A DNA stretch of 64,000 nucleotides from a virus, in IMG/VR virus record IMGVR_UViG_3300048033_001554, positions 1 to 64,000 of that record, one strand, 5' to 3'. Positions 10,201 to 19,878 of the stretch are shown piece by piece; position 1 is the stretch's first letter, and each line of letters begins with the position of its first letter. The position numbers and the translations under genes were made by a program. The notes below the pieces were generated by a model. That model had not been told where the DNA came from. It saw only the letters and a list, made by a program, of their open reading frames with translations, and ran no database searches.

Positions 10201-13200
10201 TCTCCAGTAAGTCTAGCTTCAACATCAGCTCTAATGTATTTAATACCTTCGATTGTTTCAGCTAATTGCTCGTTAATTACAACATCTGTTCCAACTGTAC
10301 CTGCACGATAAGCTCTACCCGCATATTTACTTGGGTAATCAGAACCAGTTTGAATATCACGTTTAACTGCATCTAGGATGTAGCCAACGTCTCTTTCACA
10401 TTTGCCTTCGTCATAGACAAAGTACTTGTCATTAATAAATGCAACAACTTCATCTTGAATAAAGCCTTTGTTCATCTGTAATGATTTACGAGCAAATGTT
10501 CTGCTTGGTTCAATTGCAGGTTTTGTATCTGCATCAGCTGTTGGCAATGCTTCTGGGATTTGTTGGCCAACACTCTTATCAAGCGAACCTTCGTATCCTG
10601 GAACAACCAATCTATTATCAACTGTAGCTGAAACTGTATTGAATAGTGTCTTAGCTCTTAATGCTGTAGTAGCTGTTGCTGTGTTGCCAGAGGTGATCTG
10701 AGTAGTTGTGTTACCAGCGGTTGGTGTAACCGCAGTACCTTGAACAACGTCTTCAGCGACATCTGCTAAGTGTTCGAATGCCATTCTAGTTGGCTCTCGT
10801 TGCTCGTAAGGTAAGATATTAATTGCATTTTTGAAGTAGTATTGAGCAGCATTTGCTGTAGCAGCATCGCCACCATATTCCATATCTTCAGTGATTGCAT
10901 CAATAATTAAACCAGTATCTCTGTAGCAAAGTTCGGTATCGAATCCAAGACCATTGTATTCTTCACGAATAAAGTCAATGATTTCTGTTTGATACTTAAC
11001 TGTTTCACCAGCAACTCTTTCGTACATTTCATTAATTGCAGTATCGTAACCAGTACCAACAAGTGTTGGTTCTTTAATTTCAGGAATACCAGTTCCGTAT
11101 CCTGCATTAGTGAATGTTTCTGTAAAGTTATCTTCGAGTACAATATTACCAATTGCATTGAATAAGTCAACTGCTTCGCCAGCAACATTTGGTGCAACTG
11201 AAGGTCTAATCGCATTGGCTACTGCACTTACGAATGTATGTGGTTCAGTATATGTTCCAGCGTTACCAACTTGCATTGTGAATGTCGTTGCTGTTGTTGC
11301 ATCGATACGAATTGGAGTATTGAAGTATGGGTCAGTTGCTCTTGGGTGAGAAATCTGAGTAGCAGGTGAACCACATTCTAATGTGATACCACCTTCTTCA
11401 ATTACTACATAATCGCCAACTGCTAATGTATGAGAAGCAACTGTTACTGTCATTACACCGGTTACTGGGTTGTAAGCAACGTCGGTTGGTGTTAATGCAT
11501 TAGATGCAGCGTTGAAAGTTTGAGTAGTAACGGCTTGATCAGGATTCTGAATTTCTTCTTCTCTAACAATTTGACCAACCAACTCACCAATATGTTTGTA
11601 AGCTGCTGCTGTAATTGGTTTTTCAGCTTCAGCCAATACGCCTACCGCATTATCAAAGTAAAGTCTTGCATTTTTAAGAGTTGCGGCATTTGAACCATGC
11701 TGTACATCCCAAGAAATAGCATCGATAAAGTAACCTAAGTCTCTTTCGCAATCTGCTACGTTGTATGTAAATGATGGGTAGTTAGCTGCAATCCATGCTG
11801 TAACTTCATCTTGTAAGAATGCTTTGTTAGCTTGTAATGCTTGACGAGCTTGTAACGCATGAGCTGAAACATAAGATGTACCAAAAGTAATAGTATCTGC
11901 ACTTCCGACACCGTTATTCATAATATCAATGATTTCATCAAATGCAGCATCTGCTCTTGTTTCACCAGTACCAGAAGTAATACCTTGAATCTTACCTTTT
12001 AGCCATGTAATTGCACCAACTGTTTCAGTTAGCTCATTTGCAATTACTGATTCTGTAGATGGGTTACCTGAACGGTACGCCAAACCAGCAAATACTGAGT
12101 TGACGTTTGATCCAGTTGCCATGTCTCTACGAACTGCATCTAAGATAAGACCAGTGTCTCTTGCACAAAGTTTGTCATTATAAACGAAGTAGTTATCTTT
12201 AATCCAAGCATCTACTTCATCTTGTAAGAATGTTCTATTTTCTTGTAATTTGTCTGCCGCAATGCGACCTTCACGTGTCACACCTGCTGGAAGCTTGATC
12301 AATGATCCTTCTTCAGCACTTACAAATGTATGTGTTCCGGTATAACCACCAGCATCACCAGGATTAACTGTAATAGTTGTTGCATCAACTGCAGTAATTT
12401 CAAGTGGCATCATGTAATTTGGTTCACCAATTCTTGGAGAAGAAATTTCAGTAACTACACTTGTATCTGTGTTTGCACAACTAAATACAACACTGTTTGG
12501 TTTGAACTCGATATGATCGTCGGTAGTTAAACCGTGATTTGCGCCGAGTGTAACAACCATTTCGCCATTTGCAGGATTGTAAGTTGCAGTACTTGGAGTA
12601 TGGAAAGATTCAATTTTAGCAGGATCTGTCCAGTAAATTGCATTTGCATCAATACAATCAATATTAGCACTTACGAATGTATGAGCACCAGTGTAACCAT
12701 TAGCATTTGCAACGTTGACTGTAATAGAATCAGCAGTAACTGCAGTAATTCTTACAGGTTGTCTAAATGCAGGATCAGTTGCACGTGGGTGAGAAATATT
12801 GATTGGTGTTGGATCAACATCTGATGTTGGGCAAGATAGTGTAATTGAATTATCAGCAATTGAAATCCATTTACCAACTGGCAAGTTGTGTTGTCCAATG
12901 GTAAGAGTCATATCACCACTAATTGGATCATAATCCGCATTTGAAGGAGTAAACTTACCGTCGTAAATACCAGCATCTCTAATTGCATTAGCATTAGCAC
13001 TTACAAATGTATGAGCACCTGTGTAACCACCGGCATATCCAACATTAACTATAATTGTAGTAGCTGTTTTGCCGCTGATTGTTAATGGTGTGTTAAATGC
13101 AGGATCAGTTGCACGTGGGTGAGAAATCTCAACAGGATCGCCAGCACCATCTAAGCAAGAGAATGTCATGCTTTCTTGTTCAATAATAATAGTATCACCA

Positions 13201-16200
13201 AGTTGGAAATCATGAGAACCAATTGTTACTTCCATGATACCAGTATCTACATCGTATGTAGCATCAGTTGGTGTATACTTTTTGCTATTATTTCTTGCGA
13301 TGTTAATGATTTCGTTATAACCATCATCAACACGTTGGATTGCAATCGCATCAGTTACTGTGTTTGCAGTATCTTGTCTTAAGAAGTCAATCGCTCCAAT
13401 TGTTTCAGTTAACTGCTCACTTACAGCTACCTTAGCAATACCTTGACGATAAGCAATACCAGATTGGATTGAGTTAAAGTTTGTACCAGTTTGCATATCT
13501 CTAAGAACTGCTGGTACAATGTAATCTTTCATGTCACGCTGGCATTTTTTGCTATCGTAGAAGAACCACTCGTTATCAGCCCAATCCATCATGTAATCTT
13601 GGATGAATGATTTATTTGACTGAAGTTGTTTACGTGCATTTCTGTTGTTAGCTGGAATGTTTGCATCATCGCTAAATTCGATAGCTGATCCAAGTACAAT
13701 CACTGCATCATTTGCAACTGCTTTAAGTGTATGAACACCTTTATAACCAGTTGAACCAACATTAACAGTAATAGTAGTTGATGTTGATGATGTGATTGGC
13801 AACGCAGATTTAAATGCAGGATCTGATTTTCTTGGGTGCTTAAATTCTAGTACATTACCATCAGTATCACAAGTGAATGTGAATGCTTCTGGTGAAAGAA
13901 GAATATATCTGCCAGTTGTTAGGCCATGCTCACCCAATGTGATTACAAAATCACCAGTTGCTGGATCATATGTTGCTGCGGATGGTGTAAACTTATCACC
14001 TTCCATTTTAAGAATGTTAATGATTTCATTGAATTTTTCGTAAGCGTCAACTGCAAGAGCTGGTGACTCAGATTCAATAAGAGCATCTGTTGATTGACGT
14101 AATCTTTCGTAAGCTGCAATTGTTTCATTGCGCTGAGCACCAATTACGTTTTTAGCTGCTTTAAAGTAGTAAGCATTACCGGCTGTAACTGAGTTATAGT
14201 TTGTGCCAAGTAATGAGTCATATTTAACCGCTGGAAGAATAAAGTCTCTTACGTCACGTTTACACTTAGTGCTATCGTAAGCATAGAAATCTTCGTTATT
14301 GTCTAACCAGTCAATGAATTCTTCAATAATGAATTCACGGTTGTCTTGTACTAATTCACGAGCTGCTACGCCTGATCCGTTGCCGGTATCAGTGAAGATA
14401 ATATCAGATGCGAACTCTTCACCATTTTGAAGAACATTTAATGTTTCGCTAATTGATACATCAATACGATCTTTAACATCTTGCGTTGTATTTTGGAAAA
14501 TGTGATCCATTGACTCTTTAAGATGCTCAATAGAACCAACAGTTTCTGTAAGCTGTTCGTTAACAACTACGTATGAGATAGGTGAACGATATGTGATACC
14601 GTTTAAGCGACCCCAGTAGTTAGAATTTGTTGCTAAGTCATAACCAGTATTATCAACAATAATACCTGTATCACGGAAACACTTATCAGCATTGTAACCT
14701 TGATAACCCAATCCGCCTGATGTCGTGTTAGAAGTCAAGTAATCAATCATGCTATCGATGATTTCTTCTTTGTTATCTTCTATTACATCGGCAAACTCAG
14801 TGTTAGCAATTAGGTTTATGCCATTACCATCTTCATCACGAGAAGCTTCAGCTGGTTTAATAATAACTGTGTTACCACGTGCACGCATTGAGATGTCACC
14901 AAACTGTGAACCTGAGTTGTTCAATGTCATTTGGCCGCCGTCAAGTGCAAAGAAAGCTTGGCGAGTAAAGATTGAAAGTGAACCGATACCGTTAACACCA
15001 GCACCATTCTTAGCAACGTAACCTGTACCGTTTTGTGTACGAGGTGTGAAACCAAAACATAGTACGTAGGTATATAGTGAGTCAGTATCTAGTACCGCTC
15101 TGTCTGCTAATAGACAACCGCCGCCACGACCAACTAGTCTGTTAGGGAAGTCGTCGATACCAATTTTTTCTACTGTACCTGTACCGCCTCGTTGAGCATA
15201 TAAAATATCTCCAACTTCTACGTTACCTTTTAAGTTACGGATGTAAATCTGGCTATTTGAATCAATGTCATTGATGTAAGAGATATAACCTGATGCACCA
15301 GATGAGAATGTAACTTCGTCATCTACTTCAAACTGATTTTGTAAGCTGTGACCTGCTTCTAAATACAACTCTTGGCCAAGGTCAAGAATAGTGCCTTTTG
15401 AGTTAAATGGATTTAGCGGTGGTTCAACATCCAAACGATTGAAGTTAGAAAGCTGTGAGCTATCTCGAATGTATGGAGATCTTCTCATTAATGCACCTGG
15501 GCGATAAGCAATAGCAAAACCACCTTCAGGTTGGTCGAAGTTGTCGACTTCGAAGTTCATATATGAGAAACCTTGAACATAGCAACCAGAACCAACTAGG
15601 ATACCATTAGTTTTTTCCCAACCTGGTTTCTTTTGAATTACTGTAGCATACTGACCAGATGTAGATGTTAATGAACAATCATCTGGCAAAGGAACAGGTT
15701 CATCCACGTAGTAAGTACCAGGACCACACGAAATGTGAATTGCGTTATTAATATCATTTCTGTCGTATTTGCCACCAGCTTTTTCTAAAGCAATTTCGCC
15801 TGCTCGTTTTAGAGTACGAACCGGTCTTAAAATAGTACCATCATAGTTGTCATTACCGTCAGAAGCAACGTGAACTTTTAGCGCTTTTTCAGTTGTACGA
15901 GATACTTCATCATACAACTGACGATATGTCATTCTTTGAGTTTCGCCGGTTTTCTCGTTCTTTAAAGCAAAGTATGAGTCTTCATCAATTGGAGCCTCAA
16001 ATACTTTCTTAAGATCCATGTCAAAGTCAACGAGAGAAGAACCATCTATCGTTGAATTAGCAATTGCTACTTCGCTTAGATCAGAATTTTTAATAGAAGA
16101 TCTGTCTTGGATTAATCCTTCAGAAGATGAAGAACCAATTTGCATGTTTTGAGCAACAACGCCATCCATTGTACCAGTAAATGACGCATTAGCAATTTCA

Positions 16201-17093
16201 GCAGTGTTAAGAACTGAGTTGCTAAATACGTTATTATTACCAGTGCCATCTGAGAAATCAGAGTTTGTAATAAGGATATTGTTTGCCGTGCCGTCATTGA
16301 ATACGGAATTCGTAATTACAATGTTATTAGCATTTGTATCGAAAATATCTGAGTTACTAACTACGGTATTCCAAATTTGCCCGTTAGCAAATCTAGAATT
16401 TGTAATTGTAACGTTATCTAAATCGGTATCTCGTATGTCGCCATTCGCAAAACTAGAATCTGTGATTCCTACATTTGAAACAGAAGAATCTGCGATGCTA
16501 CCGTTTGCAAATATTGTTGAATCAATCTCAGAGTTAGAAATAAACGCATCTTCAAGGATGAGCTCATCAATCTCGATGTTTGTTAAGATAAGACCGTTTG
16601 CCGTACCTTGATCGATTGTAACGTTATTATAGAATGAATCATCAATTGTAGAGTTGGTAAAGATATTGTTATTACCAGTTGAGTTATCAAGCGCTCCAAA
16701 GTCTACAATTGTATTTGTAAATACGTTATTATTACCAGTACCATCTGAGAAATCTGATGTTACGATTTCAGAGTTTGACATTTCAATGTCAACTGCAACA
16801 ACGCGAGTAGCAGTACCACCAGAGATATTAGAATCGTTGATGTCACCGTTGTTAAATTCGTTGTTATCCATAATGTTATTATCGATCTGAGATCGAGTTA
16901 TGGTAACGTTTGTAATAGTACCGCCAGTAATCGTTATTCTATCAAAGATTTCATATTGTAGTGCTTGAACTAACTCTTTTCTGGTGATGTTTTTAGTACC
17001 GTCATCACCTTGAATAAGGTTAACGATTACAAACAGGTCCTCTGATCTGGTATTACTTCCTTTAATTGGACCTAATTCTGAAATCTTTGACAT
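7275..17093 (-). CDS. Giant (3272 aa) virion structural repeat protein
   Basis: N-terminal N/D/S/I-rich beta-helix-like repeats, a VASDGNDNYDG..RPVRTLKRA motif, 11 CxRD helical repeats and 5 beta-rich YxPxxG..HTFVSA-type repeats; own late promoter. Confidence 0.75.
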   Translation of the reverse strand: MSKISELGPIKGSNTRSEDLFVIVNLIQGDDGTKNITRKELVQALQYEIFDRITITGGTITNVTITRSQIDNNIMDNNEFNNGDINDSNISGGTATRVVAVDIEMSNSEIVTSDFSDGTGNNNVFTNTIVDFGALDNSTGNNNIFTNSTIDDSFYNNVTIDQGTANGLILTNIEIDELILEDAFISNSEIDSTIFANGSIADSSVSNVGITDSSFANGDIRDTDLDNVTITNSRFANGQIWNTVVSNSDIFDTNANNIVITNSVFNDGTANNILITNSDFSDGTGNNNVFSNSVLNTAEIANASFTGTMDGVVAQNMQIGSSSSEGLIQDRSSIKNSDLSEVAIANSTIDGSSLVDFDMDLKKVFEAPIDEDSYFALKNEKTGETQRMTYRQLYDEVSRTTEKALKVHVASDGNDNYDGTILRPVRTLKRAGEIALEKAGGKYDRNDINNAIHISCGPGTYYVDEPVPLPDDCSLTSTSGQYATVIQKKPGWEKTNGILVGSGCYVQGFSYMNFEVDNFDQPEGGFAIAYRPGALMRRSPYIRDSSQLSNFNRLDVEPPLNPFNSKGTILDLGQELYLEAGHSLQNQFEVDDEVTFSSGASGYISYINDIDSNSQIYIRNLKGNVEVGDILYAQRGGTGTVEKIGIDDFPNRLVGRGGGCLLADRAVLDTDSLYTYVLCFGFTPRTQNGTGYVAKNGAGVNGIGSLSIFTRQAFFALDGGQMTLNNSGSQFGDISMRARGNTVIIKPAEASRDEDGNGINLIANTEFADVIEDNKEEIIDSMIDYLTSNTTSGGLGYQGYNADKCFRDTGIIVDNTGYDLATNSNYWGRLNGITYRSPISYVVVNEQLTETVGSIEHLKESMDHIFQNTTQDVKDRIDVSISETLNVLQNGEEFASDIIFTDTGNGSGVAARELVQDNREFIIEEFIDWLDNNEDFYAYDSTKCKRDVRDFILPAVKYDSLLGTNYNSVTAGNAYYFKAAKNVIGAQRNETIAAYERLRQSTDALIESESPALAVDAYEKFNEIINILKMEGDKFTPSAATYDPATGDFVITLGEHGLTTGRYILLSPEAFTFTCDTDGNVLEFKHPRKSDPAFKSALPITSSTSTTITVNVGSTGYKGVHTLKAVANDAVIVLGSAIEFSDDANIPANNRNARKQLQSNKSFIQDYMMDWADNEWFFYDSKKCQRDMKDYIVPAVLRDMQTGTNFNSIQSGIAYRQGIAKVAVSEQLTETIGAIDFLRQDTANTVTDAIAIQRVDDGYNEIINIARNNSKKYTPTDATYDVDTGIMEVTIGSHDFQLGDTIIIEQESMTFSCLDGAGDPVEISHPRATDPAFNTPLTISGKTATTIIVNVGYAGGYTGAHTFVSANANAIRDAGIYDGKFTPSNADYDPISGDMTLTIGQHNLPVGKWISIADNSITLSCPTSDVDPTPINISHPRATDPAFRQPVRITAVTADSITVNVANANGYTGAHTFVSANIDCIDANAIYWTDPAKIESFHTPSTATYNPANGEMVVTLGANHGLTTDDHIEFKPNSVVFSCANTDTSVVTEISSPRIGEPNYMMPLEITAVDATTITVNPGDAGGYTGTHTFVSAEEGSLIKLPAGVTREGRIAADKLQENRTFLQDEVDAWIKDNYFVYNDKLCARDTGLILDAVRRDMATGSNVNSVFAGLAYRSGNPSTESVIANELTETVGAITWLKGKIQGITSGTGETRADAAFDEIIDIMNNGVGSADTITFGTSYVSAHALQARQALQANKAFLQDEVTAWIAANYPSFTYNVADCERDLGYFIDAISWDVQHGSNAATLKNARLYFDNAVGVLAEAEKPITAAAYKHIGELVGQIVREEEIQNPDQAVTTQTFNAASNALTPTDVAYNPVTGVMTVTVASHTLAVGDYVVIEEGGITLECGSPATQISHPRATDPYFNTPIRIDATTATTFTMQVGNAGTYTEPHTFVSAVANAIRPSVAPNVAGEAVDLFNAIGNIVLEDNFTETFTNAGYGTGIPEIKEPTLVGTGYDTAINEMYERVAGETVKYQTEIIDFIREEYNGLGFDTELCYRDTGLIIDAITEDMEYGGDAATANAAQYYFKNAINILPYEQREPTRMAFEHLADVAEDVVQGTAVTPTAGNTTTQITSGNTATATTALRAKTLFNTVSATVDNRLVVPGYEGSLDKSVGQQIPEALPTADADTKPAIEPSRTFARKSLQMNKGFIQDEVVAFINDKYFVYDEGKCERDVGYILDAVKRDIQTGSDYPSKYAGRAYRAGTVGTDVVINEQLAETIEGIKYIRADVEARLTGDAKTRAIGAFDNIINVMKNGTTGLTYASFGTANVGNSDNAATDGLQLNRAFLAGEGRAYFQLYYPTLWGSLTAAQRDKCERDIGFLVDAASYDIRHGSNVAMRDVARLYFEEGNSVLPADQRTETAAVFSHVATIAERVVLKQVVTPTAGNTQTQTVVGFGNVVAATGQEVQDLINIVTTIITENSLINMPAAQEANTSDPAATGYDYETDVAIVEGRKATLAAGINKYLQDKFDYLEYNSVKCRRDVGYMVDAISHDIQYGGNAAMWNSAQIYFVNMTNLLPLDQRDATREAFTRMSEVIHDVIRNEAVTASPANSSVQDMSNLTARRAIAMEAKELGMMVANIADDNNPDNLPSRVEPHTAWMPAMVKDQKDLVDNELETLVTNMINFISSEYKGISYPKEKCRRDVGIIVDALSHDVQYETNYATRLCANMYFDNATSVLPFDQRTQTADFYVTMANLVDNVVQELAVGQDSSGTPATSVEGEWVADMVRVIEEAIRRDSLDAMPALIEPNTSWVAADKLAAAEEIDSNLNDLADDVTDFIADNFTIVDYSKAKCRRDSGYILDAMSWDLNYGGNLASRWNADFYFWNNELRIPENTREATAQSYRKLGDIVSKVVAGKYPGQAMRPEVGAEEQVTQAYDLGLIFYNALFFNSPKYLGPTIEPDFAWEETQKFKFAKDILDNNRTKLQREVQRFITSEYKFIDLPKTYRDAGNLLKILANDFRFIDPALGFEGSDKATRSFVGALFNIDAQHVFPVFNPPAAFANWRNLKFKGTVANGTDRDALEGMKRWDAYIIPTNNSGNRYEGEIWYWTGAAWASAGNNNTDLLDSFVGAWEHMRDYINNNVAVTIPQRTMITELIDNVLIDSVIRPNFLVFGSLVESIAHQFNGASAGVNRNALPLNFRNVGAAIGANASVLSENGGRIRWSGSDELNNQYFARGLRINGRTGRIEGRPFTSSVRKLARRASNSRASL

Positions 17094-17121
17094 TCTAAGA
17101 TACCCTTGTATGTTTTTCTAT

Positions 17122-17129
17122 TATTTATA
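17122..17129 (-). promoter_or_regulatory. T4-type late promoter TATAAATA
   Basis: Exact motif about 30 nt upstream of the ATG at 17093. Confidence 0.8.
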
Positions 17130-17133
17130 ATAT

Positions 17134-17751
17134 CTAGAAGAAGCGGTTTGGATCTACTAGAAAATAACCTTGATCTTTTTTATTTTTTGATGCTATGTTA
17201 TATTTAAAACCTGCGTTTTTAACTGCGCCAAAAAGTTCTTTTGATCCACCCCATATTTCATAGTTTTCTGGATCAGCGATTGATTCACCGTCATGATTGA
17301 TTTTATTGTTATTAGAATCATAGTAGTCAATATCTAAAGAACGAGTTTCTAAATTTGCGTTGTAATCTTTTTTACCTAAAACTTCGCCGTTTTTATTAAG
17401 GTAATAACCAACGCCATATAGAAAGCTTGTTTCGTTTATATTTCTACGACTACTTTTATCACTTACATATATTCTTAAATAATCTTGGTTTTCTTCTGTT
17501 AAATCTAAACCGATCAGTCCGACCGTGTTTTCATTATCATCTGCTGTTAAATACAAATGTTTAGGTATTTCAAATCCAGCTAGCTGATCAATAATTTTTT
17601 GTTCTTCAATAGAATGATTATGTAAAACTATAGTAACAGTATGCACATTTTCTCTTCTACAAAAAACAAATGCGTATACTTTTTCTATATTAATTATATC
17701 TAAAGCTTTGTCTAAGCTTTTATAATATCCTTTAAATACATCTGAATTCAT
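17134..17751 (-). CDS. Hypothetical protein
   Basis: 205-aa AT-rich ORF with an AAGGAG RBS; no motif recognised. Confidence 0.6.
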   Translation of the reverse strand: MNSDVFKGYYKSLDKALDIINIEKVYAFVFCRRENVHTVTIVLHNHSIEEQKIIDQLAGFEIPKHLYLTADDNENTVGLIGLDLTEENQDYLRIYVSDKSSRRNINETSFLYGVGYYLNKNGEVLGKKDYNANLETRSLDIDYYDSNNNKINHDGESIADPENYEIWGGSKELFGAVKNAGFKYNIASKNKKDQGYFLVDPNRFF

Positions 17752-17769
17752 TACAACGAGCTCCTTAAA

Positions 17770-18693
17770 TTATACACTAAAAGTATCTACTTGTCCGCCA
17801 CGAGTAATTCTAAATCCAAAAAATCTATTTCCAGTATAATCGAGGGCAGCCGGTGCAGTAATTTCTGGTGGTTTAAATGTAAAAGTACCAGTGTCAGTAT
17901 CAACTGTAAATTCTAAGTAACCTGGCATTCCACGTCCACCTCTATGGTTACCCGCACTTGAAGAAGCACCGCCCCCGCCAATTACTACTACATATTCTAC
18001 TTCTACATCTATATCTATAGTGCCTGTGGTTTTAACGCCAGCCAAGCCCCCATCGCCACCGGCGCCAGCATCATCGCCACCGCCTTCTGGAATAATGATA
18101 AAATAATCATCGCCTTTACCACCATCGCCGCCACCGCCGCCGCCGCCAACTCCCCATCTACCCCATACAGGTTGAGGTGCTGCGTTGTTAAGAGAGCCAC
18201 CATTACCGCCTGCACCAAAATCAGTACCTCCACCTGTAAGGCCGGGTTCACCCAGTTTATGTCCACCGTTTTCTCCTCCTGAACCTCCACTTGCAAGAGC
18301 TTTACTAGAAGATCCACCAGTGGTTGCTGCTAAAAAGTCAGCAGGTGCGGGAGTACTAGCTAGAGAATCGTAAGTAGATTTAAGCATGATTCCGGTAATT
18401 TTACCAGCACCAGCAAATGATCCAGAGTTCAATCCTCCGTTTTCATATCCTGATCCTCCAGCTCCACCACCACCATAAGCAGTGAAAGAAAGAGTAATGA
18501 TTTTGCTTGCGCCATAAAAATCGTCAAAGGCAATAGGATCACCAGAACCAACTGCTGCAATATTACTGTTTACATTCTTATTTGGCACATAGCTTCCACC
18601 TCGGTAGTAGTCGGCTATTGAATACGGCTTTACACCGCCAAATTCATCGACGATGTCTTGTAATGATATAGGCCCAGAAGTTTTTATAGGCAT
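17770..18693 (-). CDS. Glycine-rich tail fibre tip adhesin (gp38-like architecture)
   Basis: N-terminal SGPISLQDIVDEFGG and multiple poly-Gly loops; directly follows a chaperone-bearing fibre gene. Confidence 0.6.
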   Translation of the reverse strand: MPIKTSGPISLQDIVDEFGGVKPYSIADYYRGGSYVPNKNVNSNIAAVGSGDPIAFDDFYGASKIITLSFTAYGGGGAGGSGYENGGLNSGSFAGAGKITGIMLKSTYDSLASTPAPADFLAATTGGSSSKALASGGSGGENGGHKLGEPGLTGGGTDFGAGGNGGSLNNAAPQPVWGRWGVGGGGGGGDGGKGDDYFIIIPEGGGDDAGAGGDGGLAGVKTTGTIDIDVEVEYVVVIGGGGASSSAGNHRGGRGMPGYLEFTVDTDTGTFTFKPPEITAPAALDYTGNRFFGFRITRGGQVDTFSV

Positions 18694-18696
18694 AAG

Positions 18697-19878
18697 TTAC
18701 TTACCTACTTTTTCTTGAAGTTCCTTGATGGCTTCAATGAGTAAACCTATTACGTTGCCATGTCGGACTGCAAATACTGTTTCTTTTGTTTTTGGATCTT
18801 GAGTTTCGTAAACCGCTTCAGGTAAAACTTTTTGTAACTCTTGAGCCATAACACCAGTCATTGGAGTTTCATCACCCTTGTAATTAAAGGTGTAACCACC
18901 AAGCTGAGAAATTTTATCTAGCGCGTTTGTAATTGGATTGATATTTTCTTTTGTTGTAATATCTGAAACAGTTCCATATGCGGTAATATTTCCAGAAGCT
19001 GTAACTGAAGCAAACTGTACGTTTGAAGTTATGTTTACTGCTTGGCCAATACCAATTACAGTTTTAGTAGAATCATTAGGATCGATCGTTATTCCAACAC
19101 CAGTGCCTTGTGTAAGCGTCTCGCGTACTCTAAGTCTTGTAAAATAAAGATTAGTGCCTTCGGTAAGATTAGTTGTTTTGTGGTTGGTTAAAGAACTAAC
19201 TGTACCATTCACGTTACCGGTAAATGTTGCAGGAACATTTGCAGCTGGGCCACCGTTTTCAAATATTTTGTTTCCGGCTGGATGGTAAATATCTCCAGTG
19301 AATTGGCCACGAATATTATTACTTGTAAGTGATTGTATTGTTGCGTTGTTTGCTGTTAAGCTTTGTGCCACTGTTAAGTTGTCAACTGCAATATCACCGC
19401 CTGCTACAGAAATACCAGTTTCAGCAACAATACTGTCTACTGTAAGAACGCCAGATGGTGATAATTTAAATAAGTCAGCTCCATTATAACCCATAACAAA
19501 GTCTTGGTCGCTAACATTATTAATGCCGGTATCCCAAGAATTAGTACCTTCAGTAAATCTTGTCTTAGCTCCAGATCCACCGAAATTAAAGGTTGCTACA
19601 ATTTCACTTGCAGCTCCAGTGATTTCAATTGGAGATCCAAAATCAATGGATCCACCCGGAGTAGTAGCAATAAACTCGTCAGCATGCAAAGAAGGATAAG
19701 CTACAATTGTATTAGCTCCAAACTCGCCAATTAAATTTGCATCGCCTGAAGTTGAATCGCCAGAAACAGAAGCAGTGATTGCGGAGTCTCTAAATATGTT
19801 AACCATTTCATTGGTCTTATCAAGCCAATTTTGAAATGTTTGCGTTGTTGTAACGTTTTGTATATTAGGCTTTGACAT
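18697..19878 (-). CDS. Tail fibre protein with C-terminal peptidase S74 chaperone
   Basis: SDITTKENI...GVMAQELQKVLPEAV...IGLLIEAIKEL at the C-terminus; N-terminal TFQNWLDKTN motif. Confidence 0.75.
   Translation of the reverse strand: MSKPNIQNVTTTQTFQNWLDKTNEMVNIFRDSAITASVSGDSTSGDANLIGEFGANTIVAYPSLHADEFIATTPGGSIDFGSPIEITGAASEIVATFNFGGSGAKTRFTEGTNSWDTGINNVSDQDFVMGYNGADLFKLSPSGVLTVDSIVAETGISVAGGDIAVDNLTVAQSLTANNATIQSLTSNNIRGQFTGDIYHPAGNKIFENGGPAANVPATFTGNVNGTVSSLTNHKTTNLTEGTNLYFTRLRVRETLTQGTGVGITIDPNDSTKTVIGIGQAVNITSNVQFASVTASGNITAYGTVSDITTKENINPITNALDKISQLGGYTFNYKGDETPMTGVMAQELQKVLPEAVYETQDPKTKETVFAVRHGNVIGLLIEAIKELQEKVGK

Noticed and set aside
7275-17093. Calling the phage a cyanophage because of phycobilin-like motifs and hsp20
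   Set aside because: No photosynthesis genes in the window; the FdxA-type ferredoxin and ROSE-like leader point more toward a proteobacterial host, and the host remains undetermined.
1-19878. Diversity-generating retroelement or invertible segment acting on the tail fibres
   Set aside because: No reverse transcriptase or invertase in the window, and I saw no template/variable repeat pair differing at adenines.
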